In this document: positions 19,751 through 29,341 of the stretch, one piece after another
Position numbering within the stretch: the first letter of the stretch is position 1
How the letters are laid out: each line of letters starts with the position of its first letter
Assembly (NCBI GenBank): GCA_001792345.1
Contig: MGGJ01000004.1
Location: forward strand, 74,090-138,089
Source: Candidatus Woesebacteria bacterium RIFCSPHIGHO2_01_FULL_39_32
Lineage (GTDB): Bacteria > Patescibacteriota > Microgenomatia > UBA8517
Reading direction: 5' to 3'
DNA length: 64,000 bases
Translations under genes and position numbers: made by a program
Notes under the pieces: generated by a model
Databases searched by the model: none
Seen by the model: only the letters and a program-made list of their open reading frames with translations
Told to the model about the DNA's origin: nothing

Positions 19751-22698
19751 TGCCCGTCTCCTCTACAAAAGAGGCTAAATTCACACTTTTCGCAAAGAAA
19801 GTTGCCAGAACATTTGAAGGCGGATTCTTCGATTTCTTGGCGAACTTTATGTATTTCTTCAACCGCTTCCTCTAGTTGTTCTTTTGTTCTTTTTGAAGTG
19901 AGTTTATCCTGGGTGTCTAAAAAGTAAAGTGAGAGACTGACTTCTTCAGGAAGTTTGTTAAATGGTTCCTCTCTTATTGATGTTGACGCCAAGGCATAAA
20001 AAGTAAGCTGTAGGTTTTTATCAACTTCACTCTGAGACGGAATTGTTGCACCTGTTTTGTAATCGACTATCTCCAAAGATCCATCTGATGCGACATCGAC
20101 CCTGTCCATTACCCCACCAATCTTAAGGGGTTTTTCTTTTTCTTTAAATGGCAATGGAAGTGTAAATCTTTGTTCCAAAAGGGCCGGAATTCTTTTGGGA
20201 TCAAACCCCTCTTTCAAAAATCCCGCTAAATAAAGCTTACCTTTTTCAAAAAATTTCGTCTCATGAGTCTTACTCGTAAATCCTTCCTTCACCCATCTTT
20301 CTTCCAAAATATTAAAAATCAATTTTTCACTTGCAGCTTCTCCTCCTTTTATTCTTGTATAAAATTCTTTGAGAGTTTCATGAATTGAAGTACCAAAACT
20401 TTGACTTGCTGAGGGAGGAGTCGGAACCTTATAGATATATCTGAGTTTGTAATGCAAAGGACAGGTTCGGAAAGTTTCAATTTGGGAAAAGGAAAGGTAA
20501 TCGATATGGATAGGTAGCTTGTAGCTAGTAGCATGTAGCATGGTCTCACTTGGCGGCTTGTAATCTAAGAAACTTAGTTGTTGACCTTCGTCTTTAGATT
20601 GTTCAGCGGCTATCGCCTCGTCACCAAGTGCTTCAAAAATGAAAGGTGAAAGTTTCTTCTCTCTTTTTGCCTCGCCATAATAGTCAGCTGCCGTAAAATA
20701 AAGCCTTTCTTTTGCTCTAGTCATACCGACATAAAAAAGTCTCCTTTCTTCCTGAAGATGATAATCACCTTGTGGTAAGACTTCTTTTATTAACACATCA
20801 GGAATTGGAATCTGTTCTCTTCTTTCAATTGTTGGAAATCTTTGAGAGACCAAGTTAACCAGAAATACTACAGGAAACTCCAAACCCTTTGCAGAATGAG
20901 CGGTTAGAATACTGACCGCATTTGCTTTCGTCCAGTCAAAATCTGCCGCAAGTGGAGATTCTCCTAGCTCACTTGATAACTCAATCCAGTCAACAATTGC
21001 AGATACTGTTGCGTCTTCATGTTCAACTTCGTAAGTTTTTAACTTATCGAAAAATTTGGAAATGTTCAGAGCTTTCTTTTCTGCTTCTGCAGTATCCGGA
21101 TTAAGAAGCTTTTGTAAAAGACCGGTATCTTCTAAAAAATAATATAAAAGCTGTCCAGCTGTTTCTTTCTTAACCAAATCAAAGTGCTTATTAATTATTT
21201 TTAATATCTTATTTGTCTTCTCTTTTGTTTCGTCGCCCACAAAGATATCGTCTAGTTTTTCGCATGCCTCAAAAAGAGACAAATTATATTTTTTGGCATA
21301 GTTACCTATATATATTAAGTCTCTTGATGCTATACCAAAATAATCAATAGAAAGTAGTCGATAAAAAGAAACCGAGTCCTCAAAATCATAGAGTACTTTT
21401 AAATAAGAAATCAGATCAATTATTTCGGGTTGCCGGAAAAGTCTTCCAGGACCCAAAAATTGATAGGGAATTGCGTTACGTTGAAATGCGCGGATAAAAG
21501 GTTCGGAATGATTGTTTGCCCTGACAAGAATGGCTATGTCGCCGTAATTAAAAGGTGGTCGGTGGTCGGTGGTCAGTGAACGGATTTCTTTTACAACTGC
21601 TTCGGCTTCATTTTCAACCCTATCTTTGTGAATAAATACAACCGGTTCTCCTCCCCTTGGATTTTTGACACTTAGTAAATTTTTATCTATACCGAGTTTC
21701 GATTCCAACGTATCAGGATTATTGTGCTGAATTAGTCTATACGCATGGTCAAGAATTGTTTGGGTAGAGCGATAGTTTTTGGTCAGTACAATTGTTTTAG
21801 CTTTTTTATAATCTTTTTTGAAGTACAAAATATTGGAAACTGCAGCCCCCCTAAATTTATAAATACTTTGTGAATCGTCTCCGACAACCGTTAAGTTACC
21901 GTTATTTTTAGGGGGAGCCAAAAGTTTTAGAAGTTCGTATTGTGCGACGTTTGTATCCTGAAACTCATCAACCAAAACATGAAAAAACTGTTTTTGATAA
22001 TTAGCTAAAATATTCGGTCTTTGTCTAAAAAGCTGCAAGGTTTTAACTATTAAATCCCCAAAATCCATCGCTCCTTCTTTAACTTTTAGTTCTTCATATT
22101 CTTTGTAAGCTCTCGCCAACTCCTCCCACTTTTCTATTTCTACTCCCCCCTCTTCGCTCAATTTGGATTTTGGAATTTGGATTTTGGAATTTACCCAGGT
22201 GAGATAGTCACTTGGGTTTATATCCTCATCCTGCAATCTTGAAAAGTGCTGAATCATTCCCCCGATAAACTTAGTTGGATTTCCTAAAGGTCTGAAATAA
22301 TCAAGTTCAAATTTAAAAAGGTTTCGGCGGGTCAACTGTATAGTTTCCGCCTCGGTCATTAGTTTATATCGAGGATCGAGCCCTATATGAAGTGCTTCAG
22401 CTCTCAAAATCCGATCGCAAAAAGAATGGAAAGTAGAAATCCACATTTGCGTATAGCCGTAAGGCATGGCAAGATCAACCCTTTCTTCCATCTCCCGAGA
22501 AGCTTTTTCGGTAAACGTCAGAGCCAAAATCTCTGAAGGCTTAGCAAAATCTTTCTGAATTAGATACTTAATCCGCTCGGTAATAACAGTGGTCTTTCCT
22601 GTTCCCGCACCGGCAATAATCAAAAGCGGTCCCTTTTTATACTTAACAGCCTCTAGCTGTTCCTCGTTTAATTTTTTCTCAATATTAGAATTAACCAT
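19747..22698 (-). CDS. UvrD-like helicase fused to a PD-(D/E)XK nuclease (AddA/AdnAB-like)
   Basis: AGAGTGKT, DEFQDTN, HSAKGLEF. C-terminal CP..Y, DRVD, VDYKTG and CxxCx5C (Fe-S-type). Confidence 0.88.
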   Translation of the reverse strand: MVNSNIEKKLNEEQLEAVKYKKGPLLIIAGAGTGKTTVITERIKYLIQKDFAKPSEILALTFTEKASREMEERVDLAMPYGYTQMWISTFHSFCDRILRAEALHIGLDPRYKLMTEAETIQLTRRNLFKFELDYFRPLGNPTKFIGGMIQHFSRLQDEDINPSDYLTWVNSKIQIPKSKLSEEGGVEIEKWEELARAYKEYEELKVKEGAMDFGDLIVKTLQLFRQRPNILANYQKQFFHVLVDEFQDTNVAQYELLKLLAPPKNNGNLTVVGDDSQSIYKFRGAAVSNILYFKKDYKKAKTIVLTKNYRSTQTILDHAYRLIQHNNPDTLESKLGIDKNLLSVKNPRGGEPVVFIHKDRVENEAEAVVKEIRSLTTDHRPPFNYGDIAILVRANNHSEPFIRAFQRNAIPYQFLGPGRLFRQPEIIDLISYLKVLYDFEDSVSFYRLLSIDYFGIASRDLIYIGNYAKKYNLSLFEACEKLDDIFVGDETKEKTNKILKIINKHFDLVKKETAGQLLYYFLEDTGLLQKLLNPDTAEAEKKALNISKFFDKLKTYEVEHEDATVSAIVDWIELSSELGESPLAADFDWTKANAVSILTAHSAKGLEFPVVFLVNLVSQRFPTIERREQIPIPDVLIKEVLPQGDYHLQEERRLFYVGMTRAKERLYFTAADYYGEAKREKKLSPFIFEALGDEAIAAEQSKDEGQQLSFLDYKPPSETMLHATSYKLPIHIDYLSFSQIETFRTCPLHYKLRYIYKVPTPPSASQSFGTSIHETLKEFYTRIKGGEAASEKLIFNILEERWVKEGFTSKTHETKFFEKGKLYLAGFLKEGFDPKRIPALLEQRFTLPLPFKEKEKPLKIGGVMDRVDVASDGSLEIVDYKTGATIPSQSEVDKNLQLTFYALASTSIREEPFNKLPEEVSLSLYFLDTQDKLTSKRTKEQLEEAVEEIHKVRQEIEESAFKCSGNFLCEKCEFSLFCRGDGQ

Positions 22699-22715
22699 AT
22701 CGAAAGATTATACAC

Positions 22716-23384
22716 TCAATCTGCTTCTTGCCAGACTAAACTTAGCCAGAAAAGTTTAATGTTTATTATCCAAAAGAATAATAATCTTTTAAAATAAACT
22801 TTGAATCCTTTTTTTCTGAAATGGCGAATATCATCCACACCCACCAAATCAATTTTTTTAAGTTTTAATTTTTTCTTTTTAATAAATAAGTTCATATAAA
22901 ATTCTATTCCCCATTCTTGGGCTAGGGAGTTTTCTAAAATCTTATTTAAAATTTTTGTCTTAATAGCTCTCTCCCCAGACATTAGAGGTAATACATTCTT
23001 CCGAAGATATTGAAACCAATTTGGTCCTCTTTTTAAAACACCTATACAAACATCATAACCTTCGTTAGTTACGGGAGTCACCATTGAACCGATCTTTTCA
23101 TTTGTCAGGCCCTTTAAATCTACATCAATAAGTAAAGTAACTTCGCTTGTCACCTGCTTCAAACCTTTTTTAATGGCCCCTCCCTTTCCAATGTTTTTTT
23201 CAAGACGGAGGAGTTTGACGCTTTTGAATTTTTTAACTGCACCACTTGTCCCGTCAGTGGAACCATCATCGACTACCAAAATATCATCGATGTTAGCGGA
23301 ATTAATTAGTACTTTTAATACGTCTCCTATTCTATCTTTCTCGTCTAAACATGGAACTAGTGCGGTAACTTTCCAGTTTCTCAT
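22716..23384 (-). CDS. Glycosyltransferase family 2
   Basis: VVDDGSTDGT, N.GKGGA, DVD motif. Confidence 0.88.
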   Translation of the reverse strand: MRNWKVTALVPCLDEKDRIGDVLKVLINSANIDDILVVDDGSTDGTSGAVKKFKSVKLLRLEKNIGKGGAIKKGLKQVTSEVTLLIDVDLKGLTNEKIGSMVTPVTNEGYDVCIGVLKRGPNWFQYLRKNVLPLMSGERAIKTKILNKILENSLAQEWGIEFYMNLFIKKKKLKLKKIDLVGVDDIRHFRKKGFKVYFKRLLFFWIINIKLFWLSLVWQEAD

Positions 23385-23475
23385 TTGTAATCTCATACAG
23401 TTTAACGCATGTGCTGTCACTATGTCTCTTGCACTGCTTCTTAATTCTCAAGTACTCTAAGGTAAGGAAACAAAA

Positions 23476-24048
23476 GTGTCTGCCCAACAATTTGACAGAA
23501 AAACGTATCGTGTGTTAGCTTTCGTTAGCACAACTTTAAGAATTTTACTCGGGCCAGCAATTTTTTTGTTTCCTACGTCCGCTACATTATGGACATTCTT
23601 AACTGACTGGGCAGATGGAGAGTTTTTTAAAAGAGCGGGGTTTACTAAATCCCGATATCAAACTATCGATAAAATTTTGGATTACTACTGGTACGTTTTT
23701 ATTCTTCTTTTTATTTTGTTCAATCCTGTTCCACAAAAAACACTTTTTTATTTTCTATTTGGTGTTAGAACAATAGGTCAACTTATCTATTTTATTAATC
23801 GCAAGGAAGAAGCTCTCTTCTTCTTCCCAAACGTATTTGAGATTCTCTTTTATGTATATGTTTTGTCTTTGGTAGTCCCACGAATGAATGAATATTTATA
23901 TCTTCCTAAACTTCTAAGCACGCTTGCGATAATAATTCCCGTTGTTTTAGTCAGAGAATACATTCTCCACATAAGAAAATCCAATTTAAGTTGGTTTTTT
24001 ACTGGTGTAAAAACTTACTGGGAAGATAGCGAAGAAGAAACTAACTAA
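23476..24048 (+). CDS. Membrane protein, CDP-alcohol phosphotransferase-like motif
   Basis: DWADG...Y..IDKILD in a multi-TM protein. Confidence 0.5.
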   Translation: MSAQQFDRKTYRVLAFVSTTLRILLGPAIFLFPTSATLWTFLTDWADGEFFKRAGFTKSRYQTIDKILDYYWYVFILLFILFNPVPQKTLFYFLFGVRTIGQLIYFINRKEEALFFFPNVFEILFYVYVLSLVVPRMNEYLYLPKLLSTLAIIIPVVLVREYILHIRKSNLSWFFTGVKTYWEDSEEETN

Positions 24049-24657
24049 TCTCGAAGAAAGTCTAGAATTTTTCCTATAACACTATCGTTTGGTTTTAACA
24101 TAAAGTCGTCATGGCTCCCTTTTAAATATAGGGTTTTATCGTTTTTAAGTTTAAGTCGCATTTGTTTTGCCTCTCTTTTGAAAAGCTCAAGCTTATTTAC
24201 AGAATTTGCAATAAGTACTTCCTTTTCCTTTATACTATCCAAGTTTATTTCCATGAATTACCGGAGAAACAAATACTAACCTTAAAATTCTCTTCGGCCA
24301 ATCAGCAGCTATTTTCAAAGCAATCGGTGCACCAAACGAATAGCCGAATATATTAACTGGACCATTTGTATAATGGTTGATTACAGTTTTTGCTAACTCG
24401 ACGCTATCCTCAATTGAATATTTTTCATCTTTCTTATAGTCATCTGATTCACCAATCCATCCCGGTAAATCAAAGCTTATAATTTTGTATTTGTCTAAAT
24501 TTTGATGAGAAAAAAGCCACCAAAAATAAATTCCGGAATGGGGAAAACTTGGTAGGGCTAACACGTAAATACTACCGTTTCCAAAGACATATGTTTGTAA
24601 ATTTTTATCTAAGTACCTGATTATTTCTTTATGGATTTGGAGGTTTTGGAGATGCAT
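24045..24657 (-). pseudogene. Alpha/beta hydrolase split into two frames
   Basis: Fragment 24235-24657 has DLPGWIG and GYSFG; fragment 24045-24254 has GSHD and a C-terminal helix; the middle appears to be missing. Confidence 0.6.
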
Positions 24658-24660
24658 GAA

Positions 24661-25968
24661 TTATTTAAGCTCAAGCAAAGCACTAGACACCACTTCTTCA
24701 AGCCTCGGATCTATTAGCGGGTTATCTTTTCTTATAGAATCATATACGAAATCATTTAGTTGTCTTCCGATACGCGTTGCCTCTTTGCCTCCTCTGTTAA
24801 GAAAAAATTCCATTTCTCTGACCTCAGCTACGATATCATCTGGGGTTGGCATACGATTTTCCCAATCCAATCTTTTTGCAGCTACCCCAGCTATTAGCTT
24901 TTTATTAACACCATCAATGATATAAACATCGGCTTTTCCACCCTTGTATTGCAGTTTTAACTCATTGAGTCTAGATGGATAATCTGTATAAATTCCTTCT
25001 ACTCCAAGAGCAACCAAAAGCATCATTTCCTCTGAATCATTAACATTCCAGATATAGACGGGGACTCCTAACTTTTTGCAAGCAACTATATAATCTATAT
25101 CGGGAAGTTTTTTCTGTCTCGCAATTTCCATTAGTTTTGCACCATACTCTTCATACAAAATCCTTGATTGGGCTTCCTCGCCACCCGGAGTGAAAAAGTC
25201 AAAATCTACAGACGAAGGTGTTTCGCCTCGCTTAACAGCAGCCATAAACTCGATAGTTTCTCTTGCACCCGCACTGCGTTTTATTCTACCGCCTGATAAT
25301 TCTTTAACTTTAATTAAGGGTTCCTCTGAAAAACCAGCTATAAAAACTCTGTCGTATGCATTATATTTTTCAATTACTCTTACCAGCTCGTCCTCGATAC
25401 CCTCATTAGCACCAAGCAGATGCATAGTAAATCGAATATTTGGAAATTTCGCCAAAGCTTCCTCTACGGTTGGAATATCTAAACCTTCTCCTCTGTAGGG
25501 AAAATTTTTGTAATCCTTTGTAAAATTATGGCCAGCGTCAAGTTTTTTAATTTGCTCTAAAGTTAATTCAGGAATAGTCCCTTTTACGTCGCTACTCGGG
25601 TCAATATCTTCAGCGCGAGGGGAGTGAGATATGATAATTGTTCCAATCTCGGAGTCGCTTTTTCCTTTTGTTATTCTTAGATCAATATCCAACCAGTCTG
25701 CTCCGTTTTCTAAAGCTTTTTCCATGGCTAGGATTGTTCCTTCCGGTGCTTCTCCCCCTCCAGATTTATGAGCTATATTTTGAACTTTATCTACTTTCTT
25801 ACCAAATTCCTGGCTGTGAGCTAAGTAGTTTACTTCTTCAGGTGTATAAGTATTAGTTTTTGAGAGAATTACGCTTGCAAGATCTTTCAACGCCTGTGTT
25901 GTTCCTTGCGATCCCTCTTTGGTTCTGATGGTTTTGTCTACTTCATTCTGTTCTGGTTGATCTGACAT
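24661..25968 (-). CDS. Glycerophosphodiester phosphodiesterase family protein (divergent)
   Basis: IAHK.GG.EAPEGT, D.DLRIT, IPTVEE, WNVND, GIYTDYP. Confidence 0.8.
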   Translation of the reverse strand: MSDQPEQNEVDKTIRTKEGSQGTTQALKDLASVILSKTNTYTPEEVNYLAHSQEFGKKVDKVQNIAHKSGGGEAPEGTILAMEKALENGADWLDIDLRITKGKSDSEIGTIIISHSPRAEDIDPSSDVKGTIPELTLEQIKKLDAGHNFTKDYKNFPYRGEGLDIPTVEEALAKFPNIRFTMHLLGANEGIEDELVRVIEKYNAYDRVFIAGFSEEPLIKVKELSGGRIKRSAGARETIEFMAAVKRGETPSSVDFDFFTPGGEEAQSRILYEEYGAKLMEIARQKKLPDIDYIVACKKLGVPVYIWNVNDSEEMMLLVALGVEGIYTDYPSRLNELKLQYKGGKADVYIIDGVNKKLIAGVAAKRLDWENRMPTPDDIVAEVREMEFFLNRGGKEATRIGRQLNDFVYDSIRKDNPLIDPRLEEVVSSALLELK

Positions 25969-25984
25969 AATTTTGGTAAAATTT

Positions 25985-26968
25985 CTAATCTTCTATCTTT
26001 TTTACTTCTTTTTTTACTCCTTCACCCAAACTTCGGGTTGAAGTTATTTTTTGGCCGAGCTGAGTAAAGGAAGTCAGAACATTACTCATAATATTATAGG
26101 CGTTGTTTAGATGGCGCTGCAGAACCGATAAATTATCTTCTACTTTTGTGTAGTCCTTTTGAATAGCTCTAAGTGACGACAAAATTAATTGTGCTTCTTT
26201 CTCGATTTTTTGGCCTTCGAAACTCATTAAAATCGCCCGCATGTAGGCATAGAAAGTTGTGGGGGAAACAGGAAGCACTCTTTTGTCCCCCGCATATTCA
26301 AAAAGGCTTTGATTATTAACAATCTCGTAATAAACCGCCTCACTTGGTATATACATCAAAGCATAATCAATTGTTCCTTCGTCGGTTAAAATGTACTTTC
26401 TGGAAATCGCGTCGATGTGATTTCTAACATCTTTCTCGAACTGCCTTTCGTGAAGTTTCTTTTCAGAATCATCTTTCGAAGAACTCATTTTTCTAAAGTT
26501 TTCCATTGGAAACTTAGAGTCAACAGGGATAATCCCCGCAGAAGTTTTTATGGCTGCATCGACTTTTTCGCCAGATTTGAATGTATACTGAAGATGAAAA
26601 GATTGTTTAGGAAGCATTTGAGACAAAAGTTCTTTCAAAACCTGCTCCCCAATATTTCCCCTTAACTTTGGACTTCTCAAAAATTCCTGCAAATCTTTCA
26701 TTCCCCGTCCAATTTCGCTCATTTCTCCGATATTTTTTTGAACTTCCCCAATTACTCTTGCAGCATTATCCAATCTATCATTAAAGGACTTGCTTTGTTC
26801 ATTCAAACGGATGTTTGTGGTTTTTAAGTATTCTAAAAGTTCCTCAGAGGGTTTTTGTTTATCCGAAATCTCAGTTAATCTCTTATTTATAAATAACCCC
26901 AGTATTATTAAACTAGCTGCGACAACTACTACCAAAATAATTGGATCCATTAACTGTAATTTTACCAT
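25985..26968 (-). CDS. rmuC: DNA recombination protein RmuC
   Basis: RGNIGE, VDSKFP, ALMYIPSE, VSPTT. Confidence 0.92.
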   Translation of the reverse strand: MVKLQLMDPIILVVVVAASLIILGLFINKRLTEISDKQKPSEELLEYLKTTNIRLNEQSKSFNDRLDNAARVIGEVQKNIGEMSEIGRGMKDLQEFLRSPKLRGNIGEQVLKELLSQMLPKQSFHLQYTFKSGEKVDAAIKTSAGIIPVDSKFPMENFRKMSSSKDDSEKKLHERQFEKDVRNHIDAISRKYILTDEGTIDYALMYIPSEAVYYEIVNNQSLFEYAGDKRVLPVSPTTFYAYMRAILMSFEGQKIEKEAQLILSSLRAIQKDYTKVEDNLSVLQRHLNNAYNIMSNVLTSFTQLGQKITSTRSLGEGVKKEVKKIED

Positions 26969-26993
26969 TCAACTGAGTTACAATGAAGGAGAC

Positions 26994-27335
26994 GTGAGAA
27001 AAATAGACTTTAGACAAAAACAAATTAAACTCAGGAAAAAATTTTTTCCGACTCTAATCATTACCGTTTTTTTATGGCTACTGGTTGGACTAGTGGTCTA
27101 CTTTGTTGACCCTGAAAACTATGGATCTATTCCTCTTCTCTTCTTCCTTTTTTTTCTGGCCCTACTTTTCACCCTTTCCACACTTTTCGCAAATACACGA
27201 AGGGGGCTGATTGCAACTTGCTCAATTACGGTTTTTCTTATTTTGCGTTATCTCGGAGTGGGAAATATCATTAATTTTTTACTTCTTTTGGGTTTAGCCA
27301 TTGCTTCCGAATTTTATTTTTCTAGAAGCGAATAA
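26994..27335 (+). CDS. Small multi-TM hypothetical protein
   Basis: GTG start after AAGGAG; four hydrophobic segments. Confidence 0.65.
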   Translation: MRKIDFRQKQIKLRKKFFPTLIITVFLWLLVGLVVYFVDPENYGSIPLLFFLFFLALLFTLSTLFANTRRGLIATCSITVFLILRYLGVGNIINFLLLLGLAIASEFYFSRSE

Positions 27336-27448
27336 AAACCTATTGACACCCACAAGTCACTTGATATACTGCTTTTATCCTCCTTCACTGAAGTTACGGA
27401 GGACAAGCACTCATACTTCAATAAATAAAACTTCTGCCCAAGATTAAA

Positions 27449-27799
27449 ATGAGGACATCAGAAAAAAATTTAAACCCTTCTTTAAAAAAAGAGATTGAAA
27501 ACATTCTAACTCAAACGATATCTGATCTTCGCGACTTGAATGAAACAAAAGTGTTTTTGGAAGACTTTTTCAACAAATCAGAGTTGGAAGCTTTTACCAA
27601 AAGACTTGCTATAGCTTACTGGCTCAAAAAAGGAAGAAGCTACAATAACATTAAAGATAACTTAAAAGTTTCTAGCGCCACTATTGCAACTGTTCAATCC
27701 ATGATGGACAAACCAGGATTTAAGTTAGCCTTAAAAAAGATGGAGGCAGAAGAATGGGCAAACCAATGGGCAGAGAGGATAAAGAAATTCATTAAATAA
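27449..27799 (+). CDS. TrpR-like (YerC/YecD) helix-turn-helix protein
   Basis: E...F.KRLAIA..L..G.SY..I...L.VS.ATIA pattern. Confidence 0.8.
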   Translation: MRTSEKNLNPSLKKEIENILTQTISDLRDLNETKVFLEDFFNKSELEAFTKRLAIAYWLKKGRSYNNIKDNLKVSSATIATVQSMMDKPGFKLALKKMEAEEWANQWAERIKKFIK

Positions 27800-28018
27800 G
27801 CCTGGCTAGTTATTGTGGCTTCTATCTTTCTTCCACTCACAAACTTTATATTTATCTTCTGTGGGGTAAGTTGGATCCAGTCGAAGCGGTTGAAGTAATT
27901 CTAAAGTAAAATATCTAGGTTCCTTCTCCAAAGTAACTCCCACATAAAATACTTCTGTTAGTATATTTCAACATAATAACATTTTTGCTATTATCTTATT
28001 ACACCAATAATTTTAGTT

Positions 28019-28510
28019 ATGGAATCTTCAATAAAAACATCAGAGAAGAACAGCGAGAAAATTTTAGTAGCTAAAATAAAAGTTGTAGTTAAAAGGTGGC
28101 ATGGATGGAGCCCCGAAGGATTCAAAATACCTCCGGAGGAGACTATCTATGATAAACCGTCTGGTTCAAGGTTAATTTTATCGGCTTCTAAACACAAAAT
28201 GGATGGGGTTTGGGGAGAGGAAGACCAAAGTACAGAAACGGTGCAAAGGGTGGACTTTATACTGAAAGAGGGATATAGAATCTTTATTTCCCCACACCCC
28301 AAGCTTAAAAATCAGGTAGATCTTGCCCCCGACTCAACGATAGAACCACTAAAAGGAAAAGTTTTTCCTCTCAGTCACGATTTACCCCTAGTTGGCGTAA
28401 CACTTAAGGTTGGAGAGAGTCTTATTATTGATCCTTTTAGACACGACGCAGGAGTCATTTACGAAATTACTATAATTGACATATACGAAAAAGGTAAAAA
28501 GCCAAATTAA
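28019..28510 (+). CDS. Hypothetical protein
   Basis: 163-aa ORF inside the islet. Confidence 0.55.
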   Translation: MESSIKTSEKNSEKILVAKIKVVVKRWHGWSPEGFKIPPEETIYDKPSGSRLILSASKHKMDGVWGEEDQSTETVQRVDFILKEGYRIFISPHPKLKNQVDLAPDSTIEPLKGKVFPLSHDLPLVGVTLKVGESLIIDPFRHDAGVIYEITIIDIYEKGKKPN

Positions 28511-28529
28511 TAATTAGTAACTAATAACT

Positions 28530-29078
28530 ATGACTGTCACAAAAAGATTTATAATTGAGTGCTACGTTTGTGGAACCGAGTACTTTGGAGAGAAGGTATT
28601 ACTCGAAGACCGTGGCAAATCTATTCCTACACCCTATGTGAAGCGTGTGATGTGTCCCACCTGCAAAGCACCTTACAGACCAAAAAAAGACTTCTTTCTT
28701 CTTGTAGAAGATACTGTTCAAGATTTGGTTGGAGACAAAAATGGGGCAATTCAGAAAATTCTTGACTGCTGCCAATCTGAAAGCGACTTTGAGAAATGCG
28801 AAAAACAAATGCTTAATGAAATAAAAAGGTTTCCTAAACTTATAAATTCATTTGAACGTATAATTAAAGACAGGAAGGTTACGGGTCGCGACGTCGAAGA
28901 TCCCGATCTTACAAAATTTTTTGAACTTAAATTATCAAAATTAAAACAAATAAAAGAATTTTCGAATGAAGAGATAGAAGAAAAAATTCGAGAGGTAGTA
29001 AAAGAGGCAAAAGAATTATTACTTCAAACTAGAAATAAATATAAACAGAATTTGAAAGAAAACGACTTAAAAAATTAA
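28530..29078 (+). CDS. Zn-ribbon hypothetical protein
   Basis: CYVC...CPTC followed by a helical charged region. Confidence 0.6.
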   Translation: MTVTKRFIIECYVCGTEYFGEKVLLEDRGKSIPTPYVKRVMCPTCKAPYRPKKDFFLLVEDTVQDLVGDKNGAIQKILDCCQSESDFEKCEKQMLNEIKRFPKLINSFERIIKDRKVTGRDVEDPDLTKFFELKLSKLKQIKEFSNEEIEEKIREVVKEAKELLLQTRNKYKQNLKENDLKN

Positions 29079-29186
29079 TAAGTTAAAAATTGAAGCAGAA
29101 GAATGGGCAAATCAGTGGGCAGATAGGATTAAAAAAGTTCATTAAATAGTTAATTGGTTGATTTGTTAATTGGTAAAATACTCCAA

Positions 29187-29281
29187 ATGAATATTCGAGT
29201 CTCAATAATGATGGAAATGAAACTCTCTTAACGGGGGTTAATTTGCTATTTGTTATTTTAACCCTCGCAAGAGGGTTTTTT
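29187..29281 (+). promoter_or_regulatory. Candidate Met leader-peptide attenuator of metG
   Basis: uORF MNIRVSIMMEMKLS (29187-29231), alternative 1:2, 2:3 and 3:4 pairings, U-tailed terminator. Confidence 0.7.
29260..29281 (+). terminator. Intrinsic terminator in the metG leader
   Basis: AACCCTC-GCAA-GAGGGTT followed by TTTT. Confidence 0.75.
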
Positions 29282-29341
29282 AATGCGCTCTAAAAGTCGG
29301 AAAAGAGATTAAATCCTTGAAACTATAGTAAAATATAAGCT

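Larger units (their letters stand above)
27743..29149 (+). mobile_element. Two-gene islet bounded by a duplicated 3' end of the TrpR-like gene
   Basis: 27743-27799 recurs in diverged form at 29092-29149. Confidence 0.7.
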
